From assembly GCA_023213395.1 (NCBI GenBank), contig CM041465.1, positions 160,525,741 to 160,589,740 of the forward strand: 64,000 bases of DNA. Direction: 5' to 3'. This DNA comes from Cycas panzhihuaensis (lineage: Eukaryota > Plantae > Cycadophyta). Positions 52,401-64,000 of this stretch are shown in pieces (within the stretch, counting starts at the first letter, position 1; each line of letters starts with the position of its first letter). Under the pieces are notes generated by a model, which worked only from the letters and a program-made list of their open reading frames with translations, did not search any database and was not told the origin of the DNA. A program made the translations under genes and the position numbers.

Positions 52401-55400
52401 TGTTTTCTAGCTATTAAGAATGGGTTTTTGGCAAGTTGACTCAGGTAAGTACGGGTATGCTTCTAGCCTTTACCTTTATTACTTCTATAGAAAGGTAAAT
52501 CGAAGCATCCCTTTATTACATGGCTGACTAATACATTCAAGTGATTATCTTACACCCATTGCTTAGTCATATTGCTGGATACTCTTTAAGCATATGATGA
52601 TCAGTGGGACATGTATCCCCATGGCACTCTACAACCCTCCTATATACCTCTATATTGTCTTAGACATCACTCAGCTCGTGTGATCCATCACACACCCCCT
52701 TGCCACATTGTAGCCCTTAGCACCCTACTAAGTGTGATTGGTACATCTTTATTCCAGTTATCAGTTTCTTGAGAATATTACTGCCCCGGTAGCCCATCTC
52801 GTTTAGGTCATCCTCTTCACATGACTGTCCCTAACCATATGGACTGAGGGCCGGCCCTTCCTAGGCTTGGGGTACCCTCCTTTAAGGCTCCTAAACATCT
52901 ATTTTTGTCATGTTTTTGTCTCTATTACCGCACTATGGAAAATGTAGTGGTATCACAGTAAACTTCTCAGTATCGTGAAGTTTATTGTAGGGTGACTGTT
53001 ACTTAACATTTTTTAAAATCTGCCCTAGCAAATTTCACTTTTCTCATGAAATTACCATGCAGCTTTAACACCCCTTAGGTCTTACCCTAACCTTAATCAT
53101 CTATTCAGCCTAGGGTTAGGTATAAATCCCAAAAGAACTTCATTTTTTGTCTCTTCTTCCACCTACTCTCATCTCTTCTCCTTCTTCCACAGGCAGTTTT
53201 CTACAAGAATACCCTGTAGCACCTGAATTCCCTATGCTCCAGCTTGAGATCTACCCTCCTCATCTTGGATCTATAGTAGTAGGCTTACCAACAAGCTCTT
53301 TAAAGCAAGGATTCACTCCAAGTTTTGCCTCCATACCCTTTCAACAAGTTTCAACAAGTTTGTTTCTAAGTTGCAGCATCCTCCTAAGGACCCCCCTGGA
53401 AGCACCTTGGATTTGTTATTTCCTGCTATTTTAGGGGCAGACCTACCTCCAACTCAGTCTAACAGGTATTATCTTATTTTTACTCCATTTCTTTCCTTTG
53501 AACTATCTTATAAGAGGTTAGATCATTGAGAATATCTTTCCTTTCTTTATTCTTTAGTGCATACAAGAAGTAGTCCATCCGTTTCTTTTCTTTCTACCCT
53601 CTTCATCTTCTTGCCCTCTCCTAGTTTTTTTTAAGAAGGCTATGGGAGAGGATCCTAAAGAGTGAGAGAAAGGATCCAAGGTGGGTTTTGTACCTAACTA
53701 GGCCTGCTCCTCAAGGGTAACCCCCTTCTCCTCTTTCCTCTCTTCCATTCATGCCTTTCTTAAGCTACTAAGAAGTCTCCAAGAATTGGCCAGTGCTAGA
53801 TATCAGCGTATGAAACCCCTTGTTGTGCTATTTCCATGACTGTGTACCTCTTTTGGGAAGTTTTTCCAGCCCCAAATACTGTCTCTCATCCACCTTGGGT
53901 CTTGGCTTGGCTAATATTGCAATTTGCTGCATATAGCAACACATGCAACATAGGTAATATTTGTAAGCCTCGTGCTATTTGTTTCTCCTATTATTTACTA
54001 CCATTAGGCTATCCCAACCTATTGTTTCCTATGCTTAAGGGTAGTGTGGAGGTGCACTTATTGGAGGGTTAGCCATTTCAAGGCTAACCTTTCCCATACC
54101 TTATCTTGTGTTATTGGCTTTTGGGAGATGTAGAGTTATTCTTGGGCTGGAAGATCACTTAACTTGAAGTACTTTAACTTGCATTATTTTTAGTATTTTA
54201 CAATTACATATATACATATATTTACTTGGCATTTTAGTAGCTCCTTGGAAAAGAGCATAAAACCTTTATGATTGTAGGTTTATCGCACCATTCATGAAGA
54301 AGGACAAACCACAACAATTCGGGTACATTTCTTGGCTTTCCTTTTCCTTGGTTACTTCAACTTTTGTATAGTTCCATTTCTTTTGTGTTTTTCTTTCTTT
54401 CTTTCTTTTATTTTGGGGGAGGTAAGGAAGCCTCTACATCGCTCATGTGTTAGGAGAGGGAAAAGAAGAAGTGGATGTGGTGCAAGATGAAAACTTTATT
54501 TCAACTGCATCATCTTTCTAGGTACACTGCCTTTCTTTTGTAGGTCTTTTCTTACTTTTTTTTAGTTTATATATTCACATGAAAAGAACATAAAGGAATA
54601 AGGTAAAAGAGAACCAACTTACATCATTCATTTACACACTAGCTTGCATTTTAGGAAAGAGCATTTGACAGGAGATATCCCTTTTCCTCTTTTTATTTGG
54701 TCACATACAACCCCCTAGGGTTTACATCATTGATGTGCATTTTGCGTGATTGATTGGTATATCTCTTTTCTTCCCCTTTCCCTTGCTTAAAGTGAAATAA
54801 GAGCGAGGATTTATGTTTGAGAGAAAATGAGAGAAAAAAAGTATATTTATTATCTTTTATACATATATGCTTTATTAACCTCTTATTTACATACACAAAT
54901 AATTAGTCACTATTTCATTATTACACATAGGAGGTAGACTCCCTCACACATATAGTAGTGGGAACTTCTTCTGCCACCATTCTTTATTCCTCCCACACTC
55001 CCTTTAGGTGGGTTAGTTCAAGGAGGACTCATCCCCTAAGACCTCCTCCTTTTACCCCATTATACCTATACCAACTTAATAACCTTAGCACTTCCTCTTT
55101 TAGGTTGGTTTTGTGCATAAGGTGGTTATCTAATACCACCCTTATAAATAGATACCTCTTGCAACATACTTACACATATCCCATCTACATCCCTTCGTCT
55201 TCCACGAGGATCTGCTTTCTTGTTGGGTCTTGCCTTCTTCTTCTGGCCATCCAAGGGCAGGAATACCCCTATTTTGAGGTTACTCAGGCAGTCGAGGATA
55301 TCCATTGCTTACACTACTCTCCATAATCAAAGACTAAGTTACCTAGAGAAAGTTGTGCATCATTCGTGGGTCTCGAACCTGCGTTCTGATGCACGAATGC

Positions 55401-56349
55401 CCTGTGTGGGTGCTTCCTTTCACTTGTTGGATTAACCCCTTCACTCAGGAGCCTTCTGTTGATAGTCCTAATCTTAACCAGATGTAGTTACTAGGCAAAT
55501 AACCCTCTTGCTGATGTTATGGAAGCCTTGAGATAATGTTTCGAAGTTGCCCATTTGTAACCACATCCCAAGTGGTTTAAGAATGCCTTACGAAGCATTG
55601 TGCTTCCTTCTTCTATATCTCTTTCACCTTGCTCATCTCAACCAACTCCCTTACCCACGATGAGCCTGCCTCTTATCTCTTCTTCTTCTCCCCATGGTGT
55701 ATGTTCCTTAGGGACCACTGAGGGCATCTCATCTTCTCAACTCAGGTTGAGCATGCCCCCATCTAGTCAGATGACTAGTCCTTCTGCCACCATTATTTAT
55801 CTGCCACCTACTAGACCCAGGGGACCCATGTGTTCCCCTACTTCTAGTCATGTGGGGTTCTTCCTCGTATACTGCCAATACCAACCTAGGGACCTTTCTC
55901 TCTACGTACCTCCCATTTACACTACTCAACCATGGGGGCATGGTAAAGGGAACTCCCTACCTGCTTATGGGTTGGACCCTTTGCATCCTTATGGGGTCGC
56001 GCCACCTAGGGGCAGCCCATATAGGCAGAATCTGGTCCCTTACCCCTCCTTCCCGCTATCTTGTATGGCACCTCACATCATGCCTTTATAAGAAGGGCTA
56101 ACTCCTTCCCAAGGCATTTTCCCTCAAGCTCCTTTTTAACAAGGAGCGTTCCCCCTATGAGGGATGGATCCATCATAGCTATCCACTCCCATGCAGGTTT
56201 CTTCGAATGTGGAATTTGTGCCTCTTCACCAAGGAGTAGGAGGATAACATTCCCTTTTGAACCAAACCCTTTAAGTAGGATTTGGGCAAACCTACTCACC
56301 AGCATTTCTAGCTTCCATTGACCCAATGGTCTAGTCAAGGGCACATCCC

Positions 56350-57260
56350 TTTATGGACTATCGATTAAACCACTTATCTATTGAGGCGTTAAGAACTAAC
56401 TTACCGCCTCACCCTCATGAAGTCCCCAAACTCAATGGGACTTTCTCGTAGGAACCAACAGAGCATATCCATAGTTTCTCTATTGTATACATCGACTACT
56501 GGGCCTACGACCACATCTTCATGAAACTATTTCTGTGATCTCTTCAAGGTGATACCCTCAAATAGTTTTATCGCCTGCCCGCACATTCTATTTTTTTATT
56601 CCAATAGCTCGTGGATGAGTTCATTAACTATTTTAACGTGGCTCATCGATTTGGGAGTGGGATGAAATCCTTTTTGTCACTTAAACAAGGTCACAATGAA
56701 ATGAATCGTGACTTTGTGAGTTGTTTCCATGACCACCTTCATTCCACTAAGGTGGCTTTGCCTGAGGAGTTGAAGAGGGACCTTTTTGTCAATACATTTT
56801 GTCTAGAAGTCTATGTAGAAGTCCTCAAGATAGAGGCAACTACGTGTGACTCCACCATAGCGAAGTGCTTGGCACTCAAGGCCATTGAGATCTAGATTAG
56901 ACTCAAGAAGCCTCTAAAGTCCTCATAGTGACGTGAGGTACCTGCACCACCATGAGAAACCAAAACTCAACAACCCACTAGGTCTTCTTCCCATTCTACC
57001 AAGAAGACCCTAGATCCCCTCACTTCAGCCATATGTTCATTCGAATATACTATGAAGGAGCTCAAGCTCTAAGCTCCGTCATCCCACACATCTAATAAGC
57101 TAGTCCACTAGGCTTTCCAAGATGCTCCTTCTAAGGGTGACAACACCCAATCCTCTCAAGCAAGGAAACCCGATTCCTCCCTTAAGAAGAAGTGGTGCTC
57201 CATCTATGGGAAGTGCTTCTACGATGATTCATGGTATCAGGCCCAATATCCTAAGGCTAC
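56350..57260 (+). pseudogene. gag: gag (Retrotrans_gag-like capsid region)
   Basis: EPTEHIHSF..FMKLFL*SLQGDTLK*FYRLPAHSI..LVDEFINYF..LSLKQGHNE..DFVSCF. Confidence 0.85.
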
Positions 57261-57899
57261 CCTGCAACATGACTCTTCCCCTAATAGGCATCTAGGCCTA
57301 ACCTAGACCAACCCATTCATAGAGATCCCTTTCCCAAACATGGGGAACGTGATCATAACCCCTAGTAAAAGAACATCCAGAACTGAGGAAGGTCCTTAAA
57401 CCCTCGCCCTTCACAAGCTAAAGGGAAGGGTATGAGGAATTCATCCTCTTCCTCAGGTTCCTCTAACCAACATACCCCTTCACCTTTACGATCCTGGAAT
57501 AAAGAAACGAAGGTCATTCAGTTACTTGAGACTACCCCATTGTATGCCTTAACCTAGTCTCAAGCAGTTAAAGAGGTGAATGATGCCTCTTCATCCATAC
57601 CTCATCTTGATCCTCTTCTGGAGGTCCCTCCTCTAGAAGTCCCTATGCTTCCCAAGACCATTCCCGTGCGCCCTGGCCATTATGATTTTTGAACCATGCT
57701 TCCCCAACCTACTATGAAGGGGAAGCCCTTCTCTATTGTTGATGAGCTTCATATCGTCACCGCGGGAATGTCCTTGATGGATCTCTTGAGAAGCTGTCTT
57801 GAGTAACGTGCTCTTCTTCTTGAAGCTCTTGGCCAATAAGATGCTTCTATCCATATGATATGTGCCACCTCCCATGGATGACCTATCATCTCATTTAAT

Positions 57900-58300
57900 C
57901 ACTGAGATCTCCCATCTCTAAGTGAACAGGAGAGGTTTTTGCATTACCTATTTGTCATTTCCATTGACACTCCTGATTTTGTCATAAAGAGGACCATTAT
58001 AGATAATGACTCCTTGGTTAATGTTATGCCTATGCACATGCTCAAGGAGATGGGTATAGTAGCTCTTGACTTTATCCCTTAGAAATGCCAAGGGTATGAC
58101 CGGACTGAGAAGTCCCCCTTAGAGATAGTCTCCCTTTCCCTCACCTTAGGAGGGAAGACCGTTGATGTTGAAGTTGTTGTACTCAATATCGATGTGGAGT
58201 ACAACCTCTTATTGGGCTGACCATGGCTTGACCAAATGGAAGCAATCTGCTCCTTATATTGGGGGAAACTTAAATTTGTCCATGAAGGACAAGTTAAGGT
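57900..58300 (+). pseudogene. Aspartic protease
   Basis: KRTIIDNDSLVNVMP and YNLLLG*PWLDQMEAICS; collinear with the split protease at 37560-37705 and 44098-44300. Confidence 0.85.
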
Positions 58301-59719
58301 TATCACCCGTGAGCCTATGCCATCTCACACTTCTCATCTAACCTTCCAGGCTGTCTTCAATGATGAAGATAGCAATCCTGAGGAGGTTATCCCTTCCGTG
58401 TGGCCTCTATTTCAAGAGATTGACCTTCATTAGTTAGAACCTATGCCTTGTCATAAGCCAAACCTAGTCAGGTTCACCCTTATTGGTATAGGTAATTATG
58501 GTTATTTAGCCATCATGGGTGATTCTAAGTTGAATAACGAGGGTTATGAGCCCCCTCCTCAGTGTGTCACCCTAGTTTCATGAGCACCTATAGAGATACC
58601 TCAATTAGATATTCCTACTCCTCTTCATTCTACATTGGCTCTTGAGCCACTGGTTCCAAACTAACCACTTCTTTTATCTTCTCACCCTCCTTGAGCGGTT
58701 TCACGTAGGTATCTCTGTCGATGAGCCACTCGTAAAGGCACTTCTTCTTCACGCTCTGGATCCTCATCCAGGACCAGAGCCACTCCTACTGAGATGCAAC
58801 CCTACCACGTGATCCATTACATGCTAAGTCTGTCACACTCATCTGGTTCTGACCATAACTAGTTTGCTTATAGGCCTAGCCACATATGGCCTACCCTTCA
58901 TCACTTATTTCCAATTCTATATGTGACTACCCCTACCCCTGTTTGGGCTAAGAACACTTCCCTCTCTCTTGGTGCTCTGAAATGAGCCTAAACTACCACC
59001 CTAGGTGTGTCCCTATTCCCCCTAGTCATAGGTGGAATGGCAGCTTAGGGTGGCCTTCTTGCTTCTTTTGGGTTTATCACGTAGAACCCCTTATCCCCAT
59101 TTCTTTGGGGGGCTCATCTTCCTAATTGGGTGTGTTGTCTCTGTTGCCCCTGAGCTTGGAAACATTCCCTAATTAGGATGATATGCTAGAGTATTGTCAC
59201 TCCTTTCCTGCTAGCACTTCCTTTGCGTATCCCATTATGCTTCTATATGGACATGTATACTGCCCTACCTCCTAGCCTCACATATGTCCATCGCTGATTC
59301 TCATGGTGATCGTGTGTGCACCTACTAGGAATATGGCCTTGCATGAAAGGAAGTGTGTGTAACTCAAATAATCCTCTAACTCAAACCATATAATAAACAA
59401 CTTAAGAACACCATAATCTATAGCTCCTCGTGCATCTGTGTACCCTCATATATATACACACATGCATACACATAAAAGCAAACATAACATCATCCATCAT
59501 CATGTGTCATCATACACATCAACATATATCAAATAAGGTGCCAATGGCCCCGTCTATATATATAAAATAATCACGTGTCATATCATATAAATGGTATGGT
59601 ACATAATCTGCGGGAAGTCAGAATCCTTGTAAGGAGGAGTACAATCATGTGGCAATATATGGTGACTCCCTAGAGGTCTGGTGCTTTCTCATGTCAAATA
59701 AAAAACTACTGTATCATAC

Positions 59720-60342
59720 TCTCTAGTGCTGCTTTGCTCCTAAGATATCATCTCCTGGTCTATGTGATGTCTTTCTTGGGGACCACATGCCTCCCAGACT
59801 CCTCTTGCACCTCTCAGAGCTCCTTACCTTCCTCCCCTCATCTTAAGGCCTCCTCGGGGTCATCGTTGTTGTGTGGGTATATGTCTTGCTCCTCGTTGAC
59901 CTCGACACCATCTGGTCCACCAGCTGATCGTATCATATTTGGATACGATCCCTCTCGCCCTTCACTCCTCAAAGTTGCTCCTTTAGTACTACTACCCTGA
60001 TGTATCTCTCTACATCACCACCTACTCCTCCCTAAGCCTTTAGAGCCTGGACTTGACCTCCTAGAGCATCTCTCTCCACTCTAGTCATATCTAGCTCTCC
60101 CTATAGTTGTCCTACTTGAGCCTCGTGCTCTTGGGGACTTTGCCGCCCACATGTCTCTAGCCCTGACTAATGGGGCGAATGCTACTGTATAGGCCCCTGC
60201 TAACCATGGATCCTCTCCTACCTAGATAGGAGGCTATCCCTCCACATAGGCCTGGGGGAACATCTCCCAGACTACTGCTTCAACCAACCTCTCGATGTCC
60301 ACCGCTCCTGCAGAATCCAACATGCCATGTGTTAGTATGTAG

Positions 60343-60378
<36 letters not shown>

Positions 60379-62182
60379 ATATCCACATCTAATAAATCAA
60401 ATAAAGCACTGTAACTAGATATCTGGTGATCGAAAGATGGTAAGTAAATGTAGTATCTCACCTGCTGGAACTGCTAGCTCCATGATTCAGACAGTCACCT
60501 CCTCCTTAGGTCCTCCCCCTACTGTTGGTACCTCCTCCTCCTCTGGTACCACCTCTTTGATTGCCTAGCCTGTTGGGGCACCTCTACCCTCCTTTGTTGG
60601 TGCTACTACTACTCAGACTCTCCCCACTATCCTCAACTTCCAAACTAGTATTCGAGAAGCTCCACCTCTCCATGTAATCCTTGAAGGAGCCGCCTCTTCT
60701 CCTGTGACTCCTGATGGACCCACCTCTCCACTTGTTGCTCCTGATGGGTCAACCTCATCACCCCCATCATCTCTATCATCATCATCTCCCTCACTAGGAG
60801 TACCTCCTGATCCTCCTACCTCATCATTACTATCCTACCTCACCCCTCTATACAAATATGATGTATAGTCTACCATGGTAAGGAGGTCTAGTGATATAGC
60901 CTCCATTGATTGCCTAACATGTACTTAGTCCTCAGTTCTCCTGAACCAAGTCTGCCACCTATAGACTAGGGAAGCCCATGCTGAAATCAGGTGTGGCCCT
61001 CCTAGTAGTGCCACAGCTTCAAAATGATCGAAGAACCAACACTGCAACAACGTGCTGTAGGATATTCGTCGTCTCCTAGCTACCCTAATGGCATCTAAAA
61101 GGGTGACCAAGTTCGCAACTATCAACGTGGCCTAGTCCAATCTCTCCCCAGCCTTGCATCTCCTTACTGTGTCCATCCATACATCGGATATGTCCCTATA
61201 ATTCTGTTCCCAGGATATCTAGAACAGAATGCATAGTGTAATTAATTTCCTCACACGAGGAATCATGGACATAATCATACTCTGTATAGGTATGCCTCTC
61301 CTCTCCCACCAGTCTTGACCTATGAAATAGATCACTACCTCCTTGTATGCAGTGCCATTGTTAGGCAATATGCTTAGCGATGCTAGTACTCCTGCCACTG
61401 GTACTCCTAAGATCCTCCTAATATCTCCTGGTGTGACTGTGACATCTCCCACTTGTGGGAAATGGAATACGTACCTCTGTCGATCCCAATGTAAGATAAT
61501 ATCCACTAGGAGGCGTTGGTTGGATGTATATTGTAGTGTCTAGATGGCCTTCAATAGGCCACACCTCCCCAACACTCACCAGTCTCCTTGAGACATCATC
61601 TTAATAATGATGAGCATAGCTACTCCTATATTCTCACAGTTGTCCACTGCGATAATTGCCTGTAAAACACCCAAGAAACTAATCAAAATCCATCTAAACC
61701 CACTTACATGCCTTCAGGACTACCTCTCATTCCTCTTTGATCAAGGTTTGGCTCTCCTTTAGGCCATCTTTTATGTTTTTCATCTTATATGCCATTACAC
61801 CATGCTAAAATCTGTAGTACTGCAGAGTTTAGCATAGGGCCCACTAAGATTTTAGCATGATCTCAGTGGTGTGATGGCAAAGATCTCAACACTGTGATCT
61901 TCGCCGTGGTATCGATGTCACCCCACAAAATGGGGAGTTTTATACCCAAAAATAAAAAACTTTTGCCTGGGTGGGCCACGCTCAAGTCCATTAAGACCAG
62001 GGTTGCCTAATACCCTAGTCCCCCCTCTCGCTAGGTCTAATTCAGACTTTAGGAGCTTGCCATTCACACATAAGGGGCCCAAAACTACATCAAAAAATGC
62101 TAAAAAGCTATAAAAATTAAATGATGAAAATGGGTCAGGGAACGAGTGATCCACTCACCAGATCTGGCCTCGCTACTGCCAT
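59720..62182 (-). pseudogene. Spliced plant mobile domain (PMD) gene antisense to the element: exons 62159-62182, 60462-61659 and ~59720-60307; 3' end approximate
   Basis: PMD motifs ILHWDRQRYVFHFPQVGDVTVTPGDIRRILGVPVAG and D*ATLIVANL..TLLQCWFFDHF. GT-AG introns at 62158-61660 and 60461-60308; removing them joins the exons in frame. Confidence 0.8.
60343..60370. repeat. (AT)n microsatellite inside predicted intron 2
   Basis: About 14 AT units seen directly. Confidence 0.95.
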
Positions 62183-62340
62183 CTCGTCCCTCTAGTCTTA
62201 CTGACTGTTTCTGCATCCTAATCTGATGGCTTGATCTCTTCCTGTATGCCTTTGAAGTCATGCAACACTTCGTTGTATAAGGAGAAGGGCTCTGAATCGT
62301 TCGTGAGCCCGTGAAAATGAATTCTATTTTTGTTAAGTTT

Positions 62341-62351
62341 CCTTATATAGG
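62341..62351 (-). promoter_or_regulatory. Candidate TATA box for the PMD gene
   Basis: CCTATATAAGG on the minus strand, ~160 bp upstream of the predicted ATG at 62182. Confidence 0.5.
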
Positions 62352-62842
62352 CGGGGGCCCCGATGGGCACCTCTTCCGTTTCTCTTGTCACGATAGCCCT
62401 TGAGACCATTTCTCTTCCCTGATCATCTTTTCTTTCTGAGCATGTCTCCTATTTCACCTCTGTGGCCTTCTTTTTTCTTAACCCTCTAGGTGCATTTATG
62501 GCACCCCCATATTTGGCCTTGCGAGGCCCCTTCTACCTCATTTTGTGTGCCACTCCTATGCATGCTTGATTTTATACTTATTTAGCTTATTTTGCCATCC
62601 TGAATCCATTTTTGTTGCCCATTCACATATCTGGGGCTTCCAAAGGAAGCATCCCCTCCATTTGGGACCACATTTCGCTTCTTTAAGCAACCTTTAGCAT
62701 CCCAAAGGGGCCTTTTTTCCACCGGTTCTTTCCCCATCTACTAGATAGTCCTCTTTGACCTCAAGTAGTCTCATCTCTAGGTCTTCCTACCCTTCATGGC
62801 CTTTTATCGACAACCACTTGAGTCCTTTATGACTATTTCACA

Positions 62843-63334
62843 TTGTTGAGTCCTCTACACTCACTTATCTTGTTAGCACTTTTTCTCTACCAAGACCTCA
62901 ATCTTTTTGTCATTGTGTTAGTCATTTTCACCAATGGCAGAAGTCATGGTAAGCCTGGCCCTTCCATCATCGCGTGGATTCTTTGTGACCCTTCTGGATA
63001 TGACTTCATGTGTTCTAGGATCTTCCTTCCTGAGGCCACTAATAATGAAGTTGAGTACACAATTGTTATTGAGGCCCTTACCGATGCACTTTGCTTCCAC
63101 CATGGACCCATCATTCTCCTTTGCGACTCTCAGATTGTTGTGTCCCATCTCACCCTGGTCTACCAGGTGTGGTGCCCACGCTTAAGAGCCCTTACCTCGA
63201 CTGCCAGGTCCCTGTTGGCTTGTTTTTTATCTGTGGACATTCCACACATCCCTCGGGCTCTCAACATTGAGGTGGACAACTTGGTTCATCTCGTCCTTGA
63301 GTGTCAACTTCCTCTCCTTAGCGACTCACCTTGA
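62843..63334 (+). CDS. Archaeal-type RNase H (RNase HI / RVT_3-like); start uncertain, first catalytic Asp reads Asn
   Basis: FTNGRSHGKPGP, TNNEVEY..IEAL..AL, CDSQIVV and HIPRALN..VDNL match the DG.S.GNPGP / TNN.AEY / GDS / H.PR..N..AD.L pattern. Confidence 0.88.
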   Translation: MLSPLHSLILLALFLYQDLNLFVIVLVIFTNGRSHGKPGPSIIAWILCDPSGYDFMCSRIFLPEATNNEVEYTIVIEALTDALCFHHGPIILLCDSQIVVSHLTLVYQVWCPRLRALTSTARSLLACFLSVDIPHIPRALNIEVDNLVHLVLECQLPLLSDSP

Positions 63335-63834
63335 GAGACATTTTCAGTCACCCATGCACCCAACTCTCAGGTCATCTTACACTTCATATCATGATCTATT
63401 TGCACCTCTAAAAGTTGGCCGCTAATGAGGTTAAACTATGGTGACCAGTAGGTTTATTTTCTTTGCTCTACTCTTAGCATTTTAGCATATAACTCTTGTT
63501 ATTCTTGGCTTGAATATGTACATAACACTTTGTTCATAACATCTATCTAATCTTATGTGTGGTCCTTACCACCCTTCCATTCTACTCTTACGATGTGGGC
63601 ATCTCCCTCATCCACTATCATCGCTTGCTATCTATACAGTGATACATAGGCAGCCCTTATATTGTCTCGCCCTTGCCTCTACACCCACACACTCCACCAC
63701 GACACTCGCTATTGCCCTTGGCTCGCACCATTTTTATGATTATTTATATATATATGTTCTACTAACATTGTGTTACCAGTATTTGCCATCGCATTATGCC
63801 TCCAAGCTACGAGGCTCTGCTACCAAGGGGGCAG

Positions 63835-64000
63835 TGTTTCTCGGCTACTAGGAATGGGTTCTTGGAAATTCGACTCAGGTAAGTATATGTATGTTTCTAG
63901 CCTTTACCTTTATTACTTCTATAGAAAGGTAAACTGAAGCATCCCTTCATTGCATGGATGACTGATACATTTGAATGATCATCTTGCATACGTTTCTTAG
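63835..64000 (+). repeat. Start of the 3' LTR (runs off the window)
   Basis: TG start after the PPT; matches 52401 onward. Confidence 0.9.

Larger units (their letters stand above)
52401..64000 (+). mobile_element. Non-autonomous Tat-like Ty3/Gypsy element (LTR, gag, protease, antisense PMD gene, aRH, PPT, start of 3' LTR)
   Basis: 52401-52565 matches 63835-64000 (TGTTT..GAATGGGTT..GACTCAGGTAAGTA..TTCTAGCCTTTACCTTTATTACTTCTATAGAAAGGTAAA). PPT AAGGGGGCAG at 63825-63834. The 5' LTR end and PBS were not located. Confidence 0.9.

Noticed and set aside
55353-55380. Possible PBS or tRNA-complement (TCGTGGGTCTCGAACC) for the 52401 element
   Set aside because: It lacks the TGG start and a clear preceding LTR end, so it is too weak to call.
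55600-56344. Several overlapping Pro/Ser-rich ORFs
   Set aside because: This is a low-complexity region upstream of the gag core, probably a decayed Gag N-terminus, with no independent domain evidence.
61660-61707. Alternative donor GTAAGT at 61707 for PMD intron 1
   Set aside because: It would give a 48-nt intron, which is very short for plants. The 62158 donor supplies an in-frame ATG exon.
59720-62182. Host MAIN/MAIL-like gene
   Set aside because: It lies between matching LTRs and has several point stops, so it is treated as element cargo rather than a functional host locus.

Overview
AT-rich land-plant genomic DNA with no intact host gene. The window is almost entirely decayed, nested retrotransposons. 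In order: the 3' end of a Ty1/Copia element inserted in an L1-type LINE (1-3400); a diverged ~1 kb tandem duplication (6.4-8.3 kb); two chromodomain-bearing Ty3/Gypsy elements (8.3-10.5 kb minus, 10836-16485 plus); a threefold tandem amplification of the second element's 3' junction. One tandem unit received a full-length, tRNA-Glu-primed Gypsy element (17553-27816, TSD GGGGG) carrying a 69-bp coding repeat upstream of gag and a ~550-codon extra ORF after integrase. Next is a minus-strand Tat-like element (~31.5-47.4 kb), split by a complete chromovirus (37706-44097, TSD TTTTT) and by a Copia element (47438-52400). The Copia gag is in turn interrupted by a plus-strand Tat-like element (52401 to window end). 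This last element lacks recognisable RT/RNaseH/integrase but carries an antisense, apparently three-exon plant mobile domain (PMD) gene with its own TATA box, head-to-head with a stand-alone archaeal-type RNase H. Reading frames are broken mostly by C-to-T/G-to-A stops. All calls come from manual motif reading, and boundaries marked approximate are estimates.
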